NCBI GenBank assembly: GCA_013265495.1
Contig: MU060666.1
Span: forward strand, 940,128-1,004,127
DNA length: 64,000 bases
Origin: Vicugna vicugna
Lineage: Eukaryota
Reading direction: 5' to 3'
A program made the translations under genes and the position numbers. Shown here in pieces: positions 1 through 10,424 of the stretch. The notes under the pieces are model-generated. The model searched no databases, was not told the origin of the DNA, and saw nothing but the letters and a program-made list of their open reading frames with translations. Within the stretch, counting starts at the first letter, position 1. Each line of letters opens with the position of its first letter.

Positions 1-543
1 GCTGGTGCTGAGGGAGGGCTCAACACCCGTGACTCGTCCCCACCACGCTCTCACCTGGGTGAGCAGGTGAGCAGCCCCAGCAGCAAGAGCGTATGCATTT
101 CCTGTTTTCTCCTTCCCCTGTGGCACAGGCCTTGGACAGTTTGGTCCGAGTAGATGCCTGATGCGGCCGCTCTGGTGTGTACTGGGGACCAGGAGGAGGA
201 GAGCAGCAGGCCGCTGGGTCGGGGGGGCCGTTCGCCTCTTTAAGAACCATCCTGACAGTTGGTGCAGGTGAAGCTTGATGAGGATACACTGCTTTATCCT
301 CTCAGGCTGGAAAAGAGCCTCTGGCCACAAGGATCTCCTCTGAGAGCCTCGGCCTTGGCTCTGCTACTGTCCCTTGCCATCCTTGTTTGTCCAGGCAAAG
401 GCGTGGAACTATAACCCGGTTGGTGTTGCAGTTGGAGTGTGCCAGCGAGACGGAAACGGGTGGTCTTCTGGGGCTTGCTCATTTGAGCTTGCCTGGTTAT
501 CCTTCTCTGAAAACGCTGCGGCTGCTCTGCTCCTTTTTAACAG

Positions 544-751
544 ATTCTTCAGATGACGCCAGTTTACAGCGATCAGTTTCTGTTGCAACTGGGCTGAACA
601 TGGTGAAAAAGCAAAAAGTGAAAACCATTTTTCCGCACACTGCCGGCACTAACCAGACCTTACTTAGCTTCCAGCAAGGAGACGTCATCACGCTGCTCAT
701 CTCCGAGGAGAAAGACGGCTGGCTTTACGGAGAGCATGACACCACCAAAGC
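544..751 (+). CDS. BAIAP2L1: BAIAP2L1 (IRTKS) coding exon, N-terminal part of SH3 domain
   Basis: Acceptor tcctttttaacag ends 543; donor gtgagt at 752. Translates (D)[69 protein letters not shown], matching recalled IRTKS SH3 region. Upstream exons lie outside the window. Confidence 0.96.
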
Positions 752-1328
752 GTGAGTCTCAGGACGGGGCTGTCCATGCAGGGCCCACGGCCGGCGCTGG
801 AAGAGCTGCTGTCTCTTCCGTCAGCGGCAGCTTAGAGTCTGAGGCACAGTGAAGCAGGTGTTGTAGTTGTAGCTCCAGCTCAGTTAACTGCGGTGTCCCT
901 GCTCCTGGTTATTCCCAGGCTGTTTTCTGTATGCATGCGCATATGTGAATTTGATGCTTGAAAAGGTCGTTAGATCAAGTCACCTCTGAAAGTAGGTTTA
1001 AATTAAATGCTTTTTTTTTTAGTGTGACTTCTGATTTCTCAAGACACACTTTAAGATTTAGCACATAAATAGTTTAAATACCAGCATCATTATTTCAACT
1101 CTTTGTGCACAAGCCTTACCGTAGGTAGGTTGAATTATTTCAGGTATTAAGTAAAACCAATACGGAGGAAAAGGCAAAAAAGAAATCCGAATAAAATTCA
1201 CGGGTAGATAAGACACGGGGTGGAATGTGGTAGGGGTGGCCCGGCCTGCCTGCGCCATTCACTGGTGTGTTTGTTGTGGGCTTGTCGCCACTGGCGCCAC
1301 AGCGGGTCCTTTTCCTCTTCTCCCGCAG

Positions 1329-1406
1329 GAGGGGCTGGTTCCCATCCTCGTACACGAAGGCGCTGGAGGAGCCCACGCCGGAGGCCGCGAGCGCACCCGC
1401 GCCGAG
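1329..1406 (+). CDS. BAIAP2L1: BAIAP2L1 coding exon, end of SH3 domain
   Basis: Acceptor ctctcccgcag, donor gtagga at 1407; phase 2 to phase 2; RGWFPSSYTKALEEPTPEAASAPAP(S). Confidence 0.95.
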
Positions 1407-1629
1407 GTAGGACTGCGGCGCTCCCCGGCCTTGCCCTCCGGTTCCCAGGCGGGTCCCTTCCGCCTGGGCTCGCAGCAGAGCCCCGTGAGCGCGGAGGGCT
1501 TGGCGAGGCGGGCGGCGCTGCTGCCCCGTGGCTGCTCCCTCGTGACTTCTGTTGTCCCAGCGCTTTCCTGTCTGCGGCGAAGACGCACCCCAGACCCTGC
1601 CCTTCAGCCTGGGAACCGCTCTCCCGACT

Positions 1630-1960
1630 CCCACCACCCACTGCTGCTAAATGCCTCTTTTCCGTCTCTGTCATACCCAGCAGCTTTCAACACTGGTGAA
1701 CACTGGGTGCCTGGGTCTCTTGACCTTGCACTCTTTATTTTCCTCCCACCTCACTGGCCATCCACTCTGTCTCCTTTCAGGCCTCTCCTCTGCTCACTGC
1801 TTAAACATAGGTGTCCTCGGGACCTGCCCTCGGTCCTCTTTCCTGTTCTGTACCTCCTGGGCTATCGTGTGCGCTCCCACGGCATGAATTACATCCATGG
1901 ACTTGACGTAGCGCCTCTGTGCAGACAACCCCCAAACCTGTATTCTGAGCCAGATGGTGG
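1630..1960 (+). mobile_element. L2 fragment
   Basis: cacctcactggccatccactctgtctcctt...cttaaacataggtgtcctcggg...ctcccacggcatgaattacatc...gcagacaacccccaaacctgtatt. Confidence 0.65.
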
Positions 1961-2020
1961 TGATTATCGTCCTGACTTAGAAACTGTCCACAGTGCCTTA
2001 CAGGGATTAGGTCATTAATG

Positions 2021-2140
2021 CTCATAGCAACCTTATGAGGTTGGTCCCTACTTTAAAATTGAGGAAACTGAGGCATAAAAAGGTTTAGTAACTTGCTCAA
2101 GGAGCTGGAAGTGGTGGAGCCAAGACTCGACCCCAGGAGA
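2021..2140 (-). mobile_element. MIR fragment
   Basis: catagcaaccttatgaggttgg...gaggaaactgaggcataaaaaggtttagtaacttgctcaagg MIR core. Confidence 0.75.
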
Positions 2141-2762
2141 TCTTCCCCGGGCCTACACATGAGTATTTACATGTGTACTAGCTGGCTGTCCCATGGGTCC
2201 TCAGAAACATGTCCAAACTGAACATGTCACAGACTTACCACAAGCGGCCAGGCCGCAGTATTTCCCGGGTCACAGCAGAACCTCCTCACCCATCCCGCTA
2301 TCCCCGCGGACCTTCAGCACCACACTTGACGCCCCCGAAGTCCTTCCATTATACTTGCTCAGAGCTAGACTGCCACTGGGCCAAGAAATGAAACTAAACA
2401 TTTTTAGGATGTTACATTTCTGAGTTTTTTCATCTAAACTGCTTAATGCTTTTGCTAAGACTTTTGCTCCATCTTCTTACGGAAGTCCTTCAATTAATCC
2501 AGAGTCTGCCCCTCACTGAGCTAGTTTTCCTCTCCTTTTCTTTTTGTCATGTCTTTTAAAGAATGTCTTTCAAGTGTGCATTTATCAACCAGCAGGAACA
2601 CTGCAGTGTTGTGTATACTGTGTGTGTGTGTATGTTATAATCTCCTCTCTCGCTATTGTGGATTATTAATCCATCACAGTTCCGGCCGTAGGAGATTCAG
2701 GATGTTTGGGGTGCGGGGGGCAGGATCTCATCTAACTCATATCCTCTGATTTTGCTCGGTAG

Positions 2763-2946
2763 CTCGGCACCGGTGCGGAGTGTGAGCACCGTGAACTTGG
2801 CTGAGAAGAGCAGTGTGGTCATCCCCCCACCTGACTACTTGGAATGTTTGTCCGCGGGAGCAGCTGCAGATAAGAAAGTGGATGCTTCCCAGAACACTTG
2901 TGCCTTTAAAGCACCGGTGTCCAAACCAGAAACCGTGTCGTCTCCC
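2763..2946 (+). CDS. BAIAP2L1: BAIAP2L1 coding exon
   Basis: Acceptor tttgctcggtag, donor gtgagt at 2947; [61 protein letters not shown], containing the conserved IPPPDY motif. Confidence 0.96.
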
Positions 2947-4998
2947 GTGAGTACAGCCGCAGCGTGAGGCCCGGTACCCAGATCTGAGCGCGGGCCCTGG
3001 ACGCGGGTGTGGGTGCCTTTCCTCGGAGCAGGAAGGTGGCGACCTTCGGGCTAGTGACACTTTCTCTGAGCGTCCCAGAGCCTTTCAACCTCCTTAACCT
3101 CAGTCCTTTTTTTGTTTTTATTTTGTCTGTAAATGACAGTTTACACACAGTAGGTCCATTGTTTGCCAGACTATATCAGGTTTTAATCTCTCCTCGCTCT
3201 CAGTCACGTCTGCAGTCCTTTAGTCGTTTAATCACATTTTTCTGCATTTTCTTCAGTTTTCATATTGTTTTCTGAAGGAAGGGTTGAGGCTGAGAGTGGT
3301 CATTTAATCATTACATCTTCAGAAAGCATGTCGTGTAAACACTGTGGACATTCTCTGTGATCCTTGACAGCCCTGTAAGAAAGAGAGGCCGTGAGTCACC
3401 GCATCAGTCCCTTTGACAACTGTCTTCCGAGTGCCTGGCCGTGGCTTGGCTGGAACTTGCATTTTACTGATAAGAAGCAGAAAATGAGGCATAAACAAAA
3501 ATATCCATGATAGAAGATCTGTAGAGAGTTAACTAACAAGGCAAGGGACAGAGGGGGAAGGTGACCTGCATGGCAGTCACAGGCTGGGTTTTCTGGGAAA
3601 CTGCCTCTGAGATCCGTGCGCAGGGGCTTGTCGGGGAGCGCCGGGGTCTGCACCTGTGAAAGCACAGGGAAGGGGGCAGCCCTGGGCGCTCTTGAGACAT
3701 AGGAGCCGTCACCTCTCTGTTGGTGGATGTCTGGGCTGTTAGGGCAGGGCTGCTCCGAGCATCCTGGTGGATGTCCCAGTGCCCGGGTGCGGGGCACACC
3801 AGGACCAGGTGCCCCGACATGAGATGGCTTCAGGCTGCCGTCTTGAGTTGTTCTGCCCTCCTTCCTCACAGCACAGGCTGTTACTTCTTGCCACTTTACT
3901 GCCAGGGCTGGACTTGGTTTTGTTTCTCTCAAATGTCAGTCACCCAGAGGACACAGCTTGAGAAAACATGGCTAAGCTTGTTTTAAAGTTCAGTCGGGGC
4001 TCCGAGGTTTCTGCCCTGAGGGCAGAAGGGGGTCTGCGGGTGGGTTGTCTCTGGCTCCCAGTTCAGGGAGCAGAGAGCCTTCCTCAAATTGAGGGTGCAC
4101 GGGGGAGGGACAGTGTTCTGCCCCAAGGAAAGGCAGAAAGGTGGTTTCCAGTGAGTGTGGGTGCACACACCCTGTGGACCCCGGCCTGGGGAGTCTGACT
4201 TGACAAAAGACGCTTTCTGGGCGCGGGGGGGGGCAGGGGGTGCCGCCGCCCTCCCCCTGACGCACAGCCACAGAAGGCCTTTCACAGCCTGGGGGCGCCT
4301 GCTCCGGGCCTTCTGCTGGGTGAGGGTGTGTGGGACTGCAGGAGAGGCATCCTGGTGTATTTTTAAAAATACGTCATCAATTAGCCCTTAATTACCCTAT
4401 AGCATGAATGTCATACCAGAAACACCTTACAGCAAGGCCTGCTGAGGAAGCCCAGGGTGTCCTGTGGGGAAAACTCATTTTGCAGCCATTTAAAGCCCTA
4501 CTAGAATGTGCTAATAAGCAGGGCCACAGCTCTGTGCTTCAGTGATGGGAAGCAGACACTGAATCAGGGCACCGGGCTGCCTGCCTCCTAGTGCTGGGGC
4601 TCCCCCCAGGACAACCTTGCTGGCCCCAGGTTCAAGGTCAATGTGTGAGAGGCCTGGAGACAGCAGGTGCAAGTCCGAAGCAGCCCCGGTGCCCCCAATC
4701 CCTCTTCCGCCTTGAGAGTGTACCTCCAACACCAAGGTAGGCCATCCCGAAGGAGACTGGCCCGGCTTCCCCGTCCAAGCATGGCCTTCAACCCCGGGTT
4801 AGCAATGGGAAGTGAGAGGAACTCAGGGGTCTGTGCATCCTAACACCCTGGGGAGGCCTGGGAGCTCTCATGACAGTCAGGGCTGGCCTGCCGGGACTGG
4901 TGGCCCGTCAGGCAGACGGCGTCACACTGCCCTCTCCTGGGCGGCCATCTGAGTAAGCCCGCCAGCTCAGGCCAGTGATTTCTTACAACAGCAGAGCA

Positions 4999-5116
4999 GG
5001 GGAGGGTATAGCTCAAGTGGTAGAGCGCCTGCCTAGCACCCATGAGGTCCTGGGCTGTTCAATCCTCCTCTCAACATAAACAAACCTAATCCTACCCACC
5101 ACCCCCCAAAAAAAAA
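4999..5116 (+). mobile_element. Camelid tRNA-Ala-derived SINE (Vic-1 type)
   Basis: GGGGAGGGTATAGCTCAAGTGGTAGAGCG head with A/B boxes, AAACCTAAT..CCCCCC-polyA tail, and a 13-bp TSD caacagcagagca (4986-4998) / cagcggcagagca (5117-5129). Confidence 0.88.
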
Positions 5117-5692
5117 CAGCGGCAGAGCAGATTTCAAGCAGGTTCTTTGTAGAACAAAGGGAAGAAGGCAGACACACTGGGCCCCTGGCCACACTGGGCA
5201 ACCCGCATCTCCGGGACTGGGGCTGGGGCTCCGTGAGGCCCTGCAGGGAAAGACAGTGCTTGCCCTGGTCCGCCTTCTTTCCTGCACTTTTGACAGGACT
5301 TCCTACCCGGTCTCTGGCTAGCAGTGTGGGCACCAAATCCCAGCAAGGTTTTCTCCTTACTGTTTCTCGTGGCATCATTCAGGATCGGGCTCCCAAAAAG
5401 CCAGTCACTACGGTTTTGCCCCTGAGTGGCCAGTGACCCTGCTTTTTTCCTCCAGGATGGTCCAGCATATGCGAGGGTCCCTCAGTGGCCTTTAGACCAT
5501 TCTCTGCTCTTGCCCTTATCCTTCCGAGTGGGTTTAGATGTGTCATCTCCAGCGAGCTGACTCCGGGTCACTTTCAAACTTGCATAGCTTTAAACAGTCC
5601 CTGAGGCTTCTGATGTCTTTACCTTCGGCTCCTGTTAAAAATGTCCCAGTTTCATGAGCCTTTCACAAATTTCATCTTTCTCTCTCTCACAG

Positions 5693-5730
5693 AGTGATGC
5701 AAACGGGATTGCAAAGCCTCCTTTCCTCAG
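5693..5730 (+). CDS. BAIAP2L1: BAIAP2L1 38-nt coding exon
   Basis: Acceptor tttctctctctcacag, donor gtacgt at 5731; SDANGIAKPPFL(S). Confidence 0.94.
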
Positions 5731-6215
5731 GTACGTGAACTCCTCCACAGAGCCCTTCGCGCTCCAGGTGGCCCACCCCTGTAGGTGAGGGGCCTGTGGT
5801 GGCCCCTGGAAGGGTCTTCCCCCTTGCACAGCCCAGGGGGCCTGATCCTGAAAAAGGCCTCGGGCCTGTGGGGTCCTCTGGGGAGCCTGGGGGGCCCGCC
5901 CAGCATCTGGCTGATCCAGAAGGGAGGGCCCTGGTCACACGCTGCGTTGGGCAGCTTACTAACCCAGCCCCCGTCCTATGTGGCTCTCCCAGAGCCCAGC
6001 ACCCCCGCCCCATATAGGACTAGAGAGGGGGGCTCTCCTCTGTCAAAAATATTTTTACACTCTGGATAGTTCCATAACACGTGGCATGGGGAGGACTGTC
6101 ACAGAGCAAGACTCACATATTCCATAATTTGACCGAGCAGGAGCCCTGGTTATTAGCTCTTTCCACATCAAATTCCCGTCTCGTATTTCTGCCAATATTT
6201 CTCTCCTCCCCACAG

Positions 6216-6291
6216 TGGAGAAAACCCCTTTGCGACTGTGAAACTCCGACCGACGGTGACAAATGATCGATCAGCACCAATCATTCGATGA
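6216..6291 (+). CDS. BAIAP2L1: BAIAP2L1 last coding exon (WH2-like C-terminus)
   Basis: Acceptor ctctcctccccacag; [24 protein letters not shown] then TGA at 6289-6291, matching the recalled IRTKS C-terminus. Confidence 0.97.
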
Positions 6292-8340
6292 AAAGGTGGC
6301 CAGGGAAGTCTCCCGGTTCCACATTCAGTTCTCACTTGCAGGATGATTGGTATATGTGTTTGATAAGTGCTATGCTGTTGGAAAGCTTCACCAGAGGGTG
6401 CCTGATTTTAAATGTATCACTAGCAAATCAATTCATTGTCTAATTTAACATAGTTGGGTTTACGCATTCCTGTCTTTAAGATGAATCAGGAATAGTTTAG
6501 TCGATCATTCAAAACATTTTCTTCCTATTCTGTCCAAAAACAGATTTGGTTCTAATCCTTACTGTATCATTTTTTAAAATAGTCTATGATTATTTTTTTA
6601 ATAGCCAGAATAAGGGATAGTCTGTGCTTTCATGACTGGCTTTCTGCACCTGAATGCAAATGAGACCACAGTTTTATTTTATAAAGCATGTGCTCTTAAA
6701 CAGCATTATGATGTTTGAAGAAAATACTGTATAAATTTGCATCACAGCATGCAAATTAATTTTAAGCAATATAAATTATGAGACTGTATAAAACTTAATT
6801 TTTTAACTTAAAACTTTTTGTTTAATCACATGTAGGAATCCCCAACTTTCCGCAATTTAGACATAACTGAAGATACAGCACTGAGACATTCGCCTGTCCC
6901 TATCTATCACAGCCACATTAGTACTTGAACAATTTCTAAGAGGTACTGAATCTGGTAGTTCTGAGTTACCATCTGGACTGACTGATGGAAACATGCCAGG
7001 CACCACACGCGGGCCTGGCCCGTGGGGTAACCGTGCATCTGGGGCTCCCCGTGTGGAAACTTGCTAAGCTAGTTGACCAAAGCTGCCTCTGTCACTAACC
7101 TACTCTGAAACCTCTCGGGTTGCAGGGCTCTCCACTTTTGAATCAGGTACTGAAACTGCACTCAGCCCTTGCTGAGCCGGGAGGACCTGGGGGGGCATCA
7201 GGGGTGGCTGCATTTCAGCTGAGACCCACCACGGCGCACGCGGAGCCTGGGCTCCTGCGGGAGGGACTTGGAGCCTGCGGCAGGGATCATCTCCGGATGT
7301 CAGGGACTAGGCCCAACCTGGAGGAGTGGAGGACCCTGATGAAAACCCACACCCGGGCCATTCCCTGTGTGTGGCGGGGAAGGGGGCTTGTCGCTGATCA
7401 TAGCTCCTTTGGTTTTGCCATGAATGTTACCATTTTTCTGTAAGCTTGAAATCGGTCAAGGCCAAATACAGTGAACCCATGTAAGCGTGACACACTCGAG
7501 GTTCTGGACCCCATCCACCTCCTGGCTGGGTCGGCCATACAGGTGACCCCGCCACCAACAGAGATGACGCAGGACTACGAGGGCTCCTGGGACCCAGGCT
7601 CAGGCCACGTGTCAACACCACACCTGCCTGGAGATGCTTCAGCCGCAAAGAGAACAGTCGAATCGAATTTAGTCACATGGCCCATCGCTCCTTTCACCAT
7701 TTTAGAGTCAGGTTCACAGAAGCCCTTTGTTGTCTACAGTATGTGGGGGCGGTGAGGTGTCAGCTCTGAAAGTGCTAATAAGGGAGGGAGGGGGAAGGGT
7801 GTCCCACTGTGGCCCCGGCCTCCAGAGCGCCATGGCTTGGGGTCTTCTGGCTGTGTTACAGGGTTGTGGCAGGTCCTGGGGTTACTGGGCTGTGTGCAGG
7901 CCCGCCTGGCTCACCCACCGGTCTACACCTCCACAGAAGGACTACCGTGGGCGCTCACCTGCCTCACACAGGATGGCAGGGCTTGCCGTAGCTCCTGGGC
8001 ACGGAGGGGCATGCTCTATAAATGTCAAGGTATTATGTTTCATTACAACAATAAAAACCTGAAAACACGTAGTTTTTTTGAGCTGTAAATGCCTCTCGAG
8101 TAACCGAAGATCGGGCATGAAGTGGATGGTGTGGAAGCCGAGCGATGGATGTGTCACTCTAGTCTCTTTAGTGTGTGTGTGACGCTTTCCATAACTTTAT
8201 TTCTGTAAGTGGCAGTGTGCAAACTGAATAAGCAAAACAGGTAAACAATGGTATGGATCTCATTTATTTAAAACAGTATTTCTCACCTTTCTCAAATTGA
8301 AGACTGCAAAAAATAAAAGCAGTGCTTTATTGAGCTGTCG
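6292..8340 (+). other. BAIAP2L1: BAIAP2L1 3' UTR (end uncertain)
   Basis: Follows the stop codon, with AT-rich blocks and + strand AATAAA at 8050, 8312 and 8445. The site actually used cannot be determined from sequence. Confidence 0.65.
8312..8331. terminator. Opposed poly(A) signals for BAIAP2L1 (+, 8312-8317) and BRI3 (-, 8326-8331)
   Basis: AATAAAAGCAGTGCTTTATT lies between the two convergent stop codons. Further minus-strand AATAAA occur at 8263-8268 and 8196-8201. Confidence 0.65.
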
Positions 8341-8519
8341 TTAACCCTGGGAGCCACACCCCGCGACCCCTGTGCCGTGAAACCTCGGCCCACAGCGCGC
8401 AATCCACCCACCGCACTTTACAAAACAGTCCTGAAGCTTAATCAAATAAAGCTATTGTACACGACATTTACATTAGAAAAAGATAGCTGGGTGTAGGAAA
8501 GCCAGGTGTGTTGTTCCCT

Positions 8520-8652
8520 TTAAGTAAAGTTTGCTCCACAGTTGGGGCATCTTCGCTTCCTCAAGGCAAAACAGCAGATGAACCCAAAGGGGAACAAGAC
8601 GATAGCCAAGAAGATGCCCAGGAAGGTGAAGGAGTCCTCCAGAACCCCGACT
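8520..8652 (-). CDS. BRI3: BRI3 coding exon 3 (last)
   Basis: Minus-strand acceptor ctctcttgcag; (R)[43 protein letters not shown] then TAA (8520-8522). Confidence 0.97.
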
Positions 8653-10392
8653 CTGCAAGAGAGAGAGGCGCACATGGGTTAGGGCCCTAGGCTGACCAAG
8701 GCCTGCCACCCCACCAGGCCGTGACCCCTCCGGGCGATCACGCAGCCCCTCCCTCAGAGCCCACCCCCGGGCCTGGAGACGCCAGAGCTGTGGGAGGCCG
8801 GCCTCGACCGATGCCTGCACTGAGAGCAGGAAGAGGGGAGAAGACTCTCGAGACATCGCCACCTACTGATAAAGGCAAGAACGCTTGGCTGCCATATAAC
8901 CTGCCAGGGGTTTTTTCCTACAAAAGAAGGAACAAGCAGCAAGTGCTCATTTCTATAAAAACTCTTACATCTCTGAAAAAACAAGACCAAGAAAACCAGA
9001 TCACTTAACGATATTTTTTCCCAATGCTGGTAAGTTTTAGATTTTTTTTCCATTCCCTAGAGGGAAATTACAAAAATAGTGATAGTTTGGAATTTTGGTG
9101 TTATTTATAAACCAACAGTGGAAGACTAGAATCAGCCATGTTCATACAATGTCACTTATCTTGAGAAATTTCATCTCAACGCTTCCTCTTTAGAAAAGGT
9201 CACATTTACCTTTACTGGGCACATTTAATCCCAAGACCCCTGGGGACGTCACCTAGACCTCGTGCCAGAGAGTCAGAGACCTGAGGTCACCACTCCAATT
9301 CTAAGATCATTTTCAAAGATCCCAAAGGTGGGGAGCAGGGGCCGTATCTGAATGAGAACCATGCCAGCCGCTGGGCCCCAAAGAGAGAAGCTTCGCTCCT
9401 GCCAGACTGGCCGCCCCAGGCTGCCATGGGCCCCAAGGAGGAAGTGAGGAAGGACACAGGAGGGGGCTAGAGGGGACAGGAGCCAGGCCTGGCAGGGACA
9501 CTGGCCCCCGAGGACCCCGCCCCATGGTCCTCCACTTCCTGGTCCTTGTCCACACCGCAGCGCCCCCATCTTCAAACCCGGCCAAGAACCCTGGATGCTC
9601 ACACCCATCGTGGTAGCCCAGGGGGAGAGGAGGAAGGTCAGCTCAGCAAACAAGTGTGGAGGAAAGTGCCGTAACGGGGCTTCGGGATTCAAGAGGCCGA
9701 AGCGGCCCTGACTCGGTCACTCCCGCTCGGCCTCCGCGAGCGGGAGCTGCTCCTGTTCACGGGGGGACCACAAGCTGTGACCCACCGAGGCAGGTCCAGC
9801 TCAGCCCGCCCGGCCGGCAGTTCCCTCCAGCAGCACCTCCCGTGAGCCCGAGCACAGAGGACAGGGCTCACGTGCGGGAACCCGCCGCTCTCACAACACG
9901 TGGTCGCTAAGGAAAGGCTCTGAGAAGTCCTGCAGCAGAGACGCCTGCTGGGCTGGCTCGGCCGGCGCACAGGCTAGGCCCCGCTCTGAGGGGAAGCCTG
10001 TCAGCCGGCCTGAATCCCTCAGCAGAGCCACCATGTCCCGTACAGACTGCTACCGAAGTCTGGCGACAGGCACCCCCTTTCTAAGTACAAGAAAGGCTGT
10101 CAGGTCGGCACACCGCTCCTCAGCCCTCCGCATGGCCGCCCCTGCCCGAGCCAGTCCAGACCACGGCTGCCCCCGCTGCCGGGCCCGCCGAGCTCTGCGC
10201 TTGCTCGCTCCTGGCGTCTACACCGACGTCCCACCTACGGCTGAAATCCCAAAGTCACTCCGGTTTGCACGTTCATTTAGAATGCCCAGGGGGACAGCAG
10301 AGGAAACAGGTGAGCCAGGCCTCACAGCTGGTCACCTGCGCCAGCCGAAAACCTTCCAGAAGAGAATCCTGCCCACTGAGGCCCAAAGACAG

Positions 10393-10424
10393 TGACTGGG
10401 TGCCCACCTGACTGGGTGCCCACC
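10393..10424. repeat. Perfect 16-bp tandem duplication
   Basis: tgactgggtgcccacc x2. Confidence 0.92.

Noticed and set aside
1227-2018. 263-aa plus-strand ORF
   Set aside because: Out of frame with the BAIAP2L1 exon it crosses, and runs through an L2 remnant.
4999-5070. tRNA-Ala-like sequences (also at 23690-23759, 24512-24570, 29320-29373 and others)
   Set aside because: SINE heads with family-specific tails, poly(A) and TSDs; acceptor stems are degenerate, so not tRNA genes.
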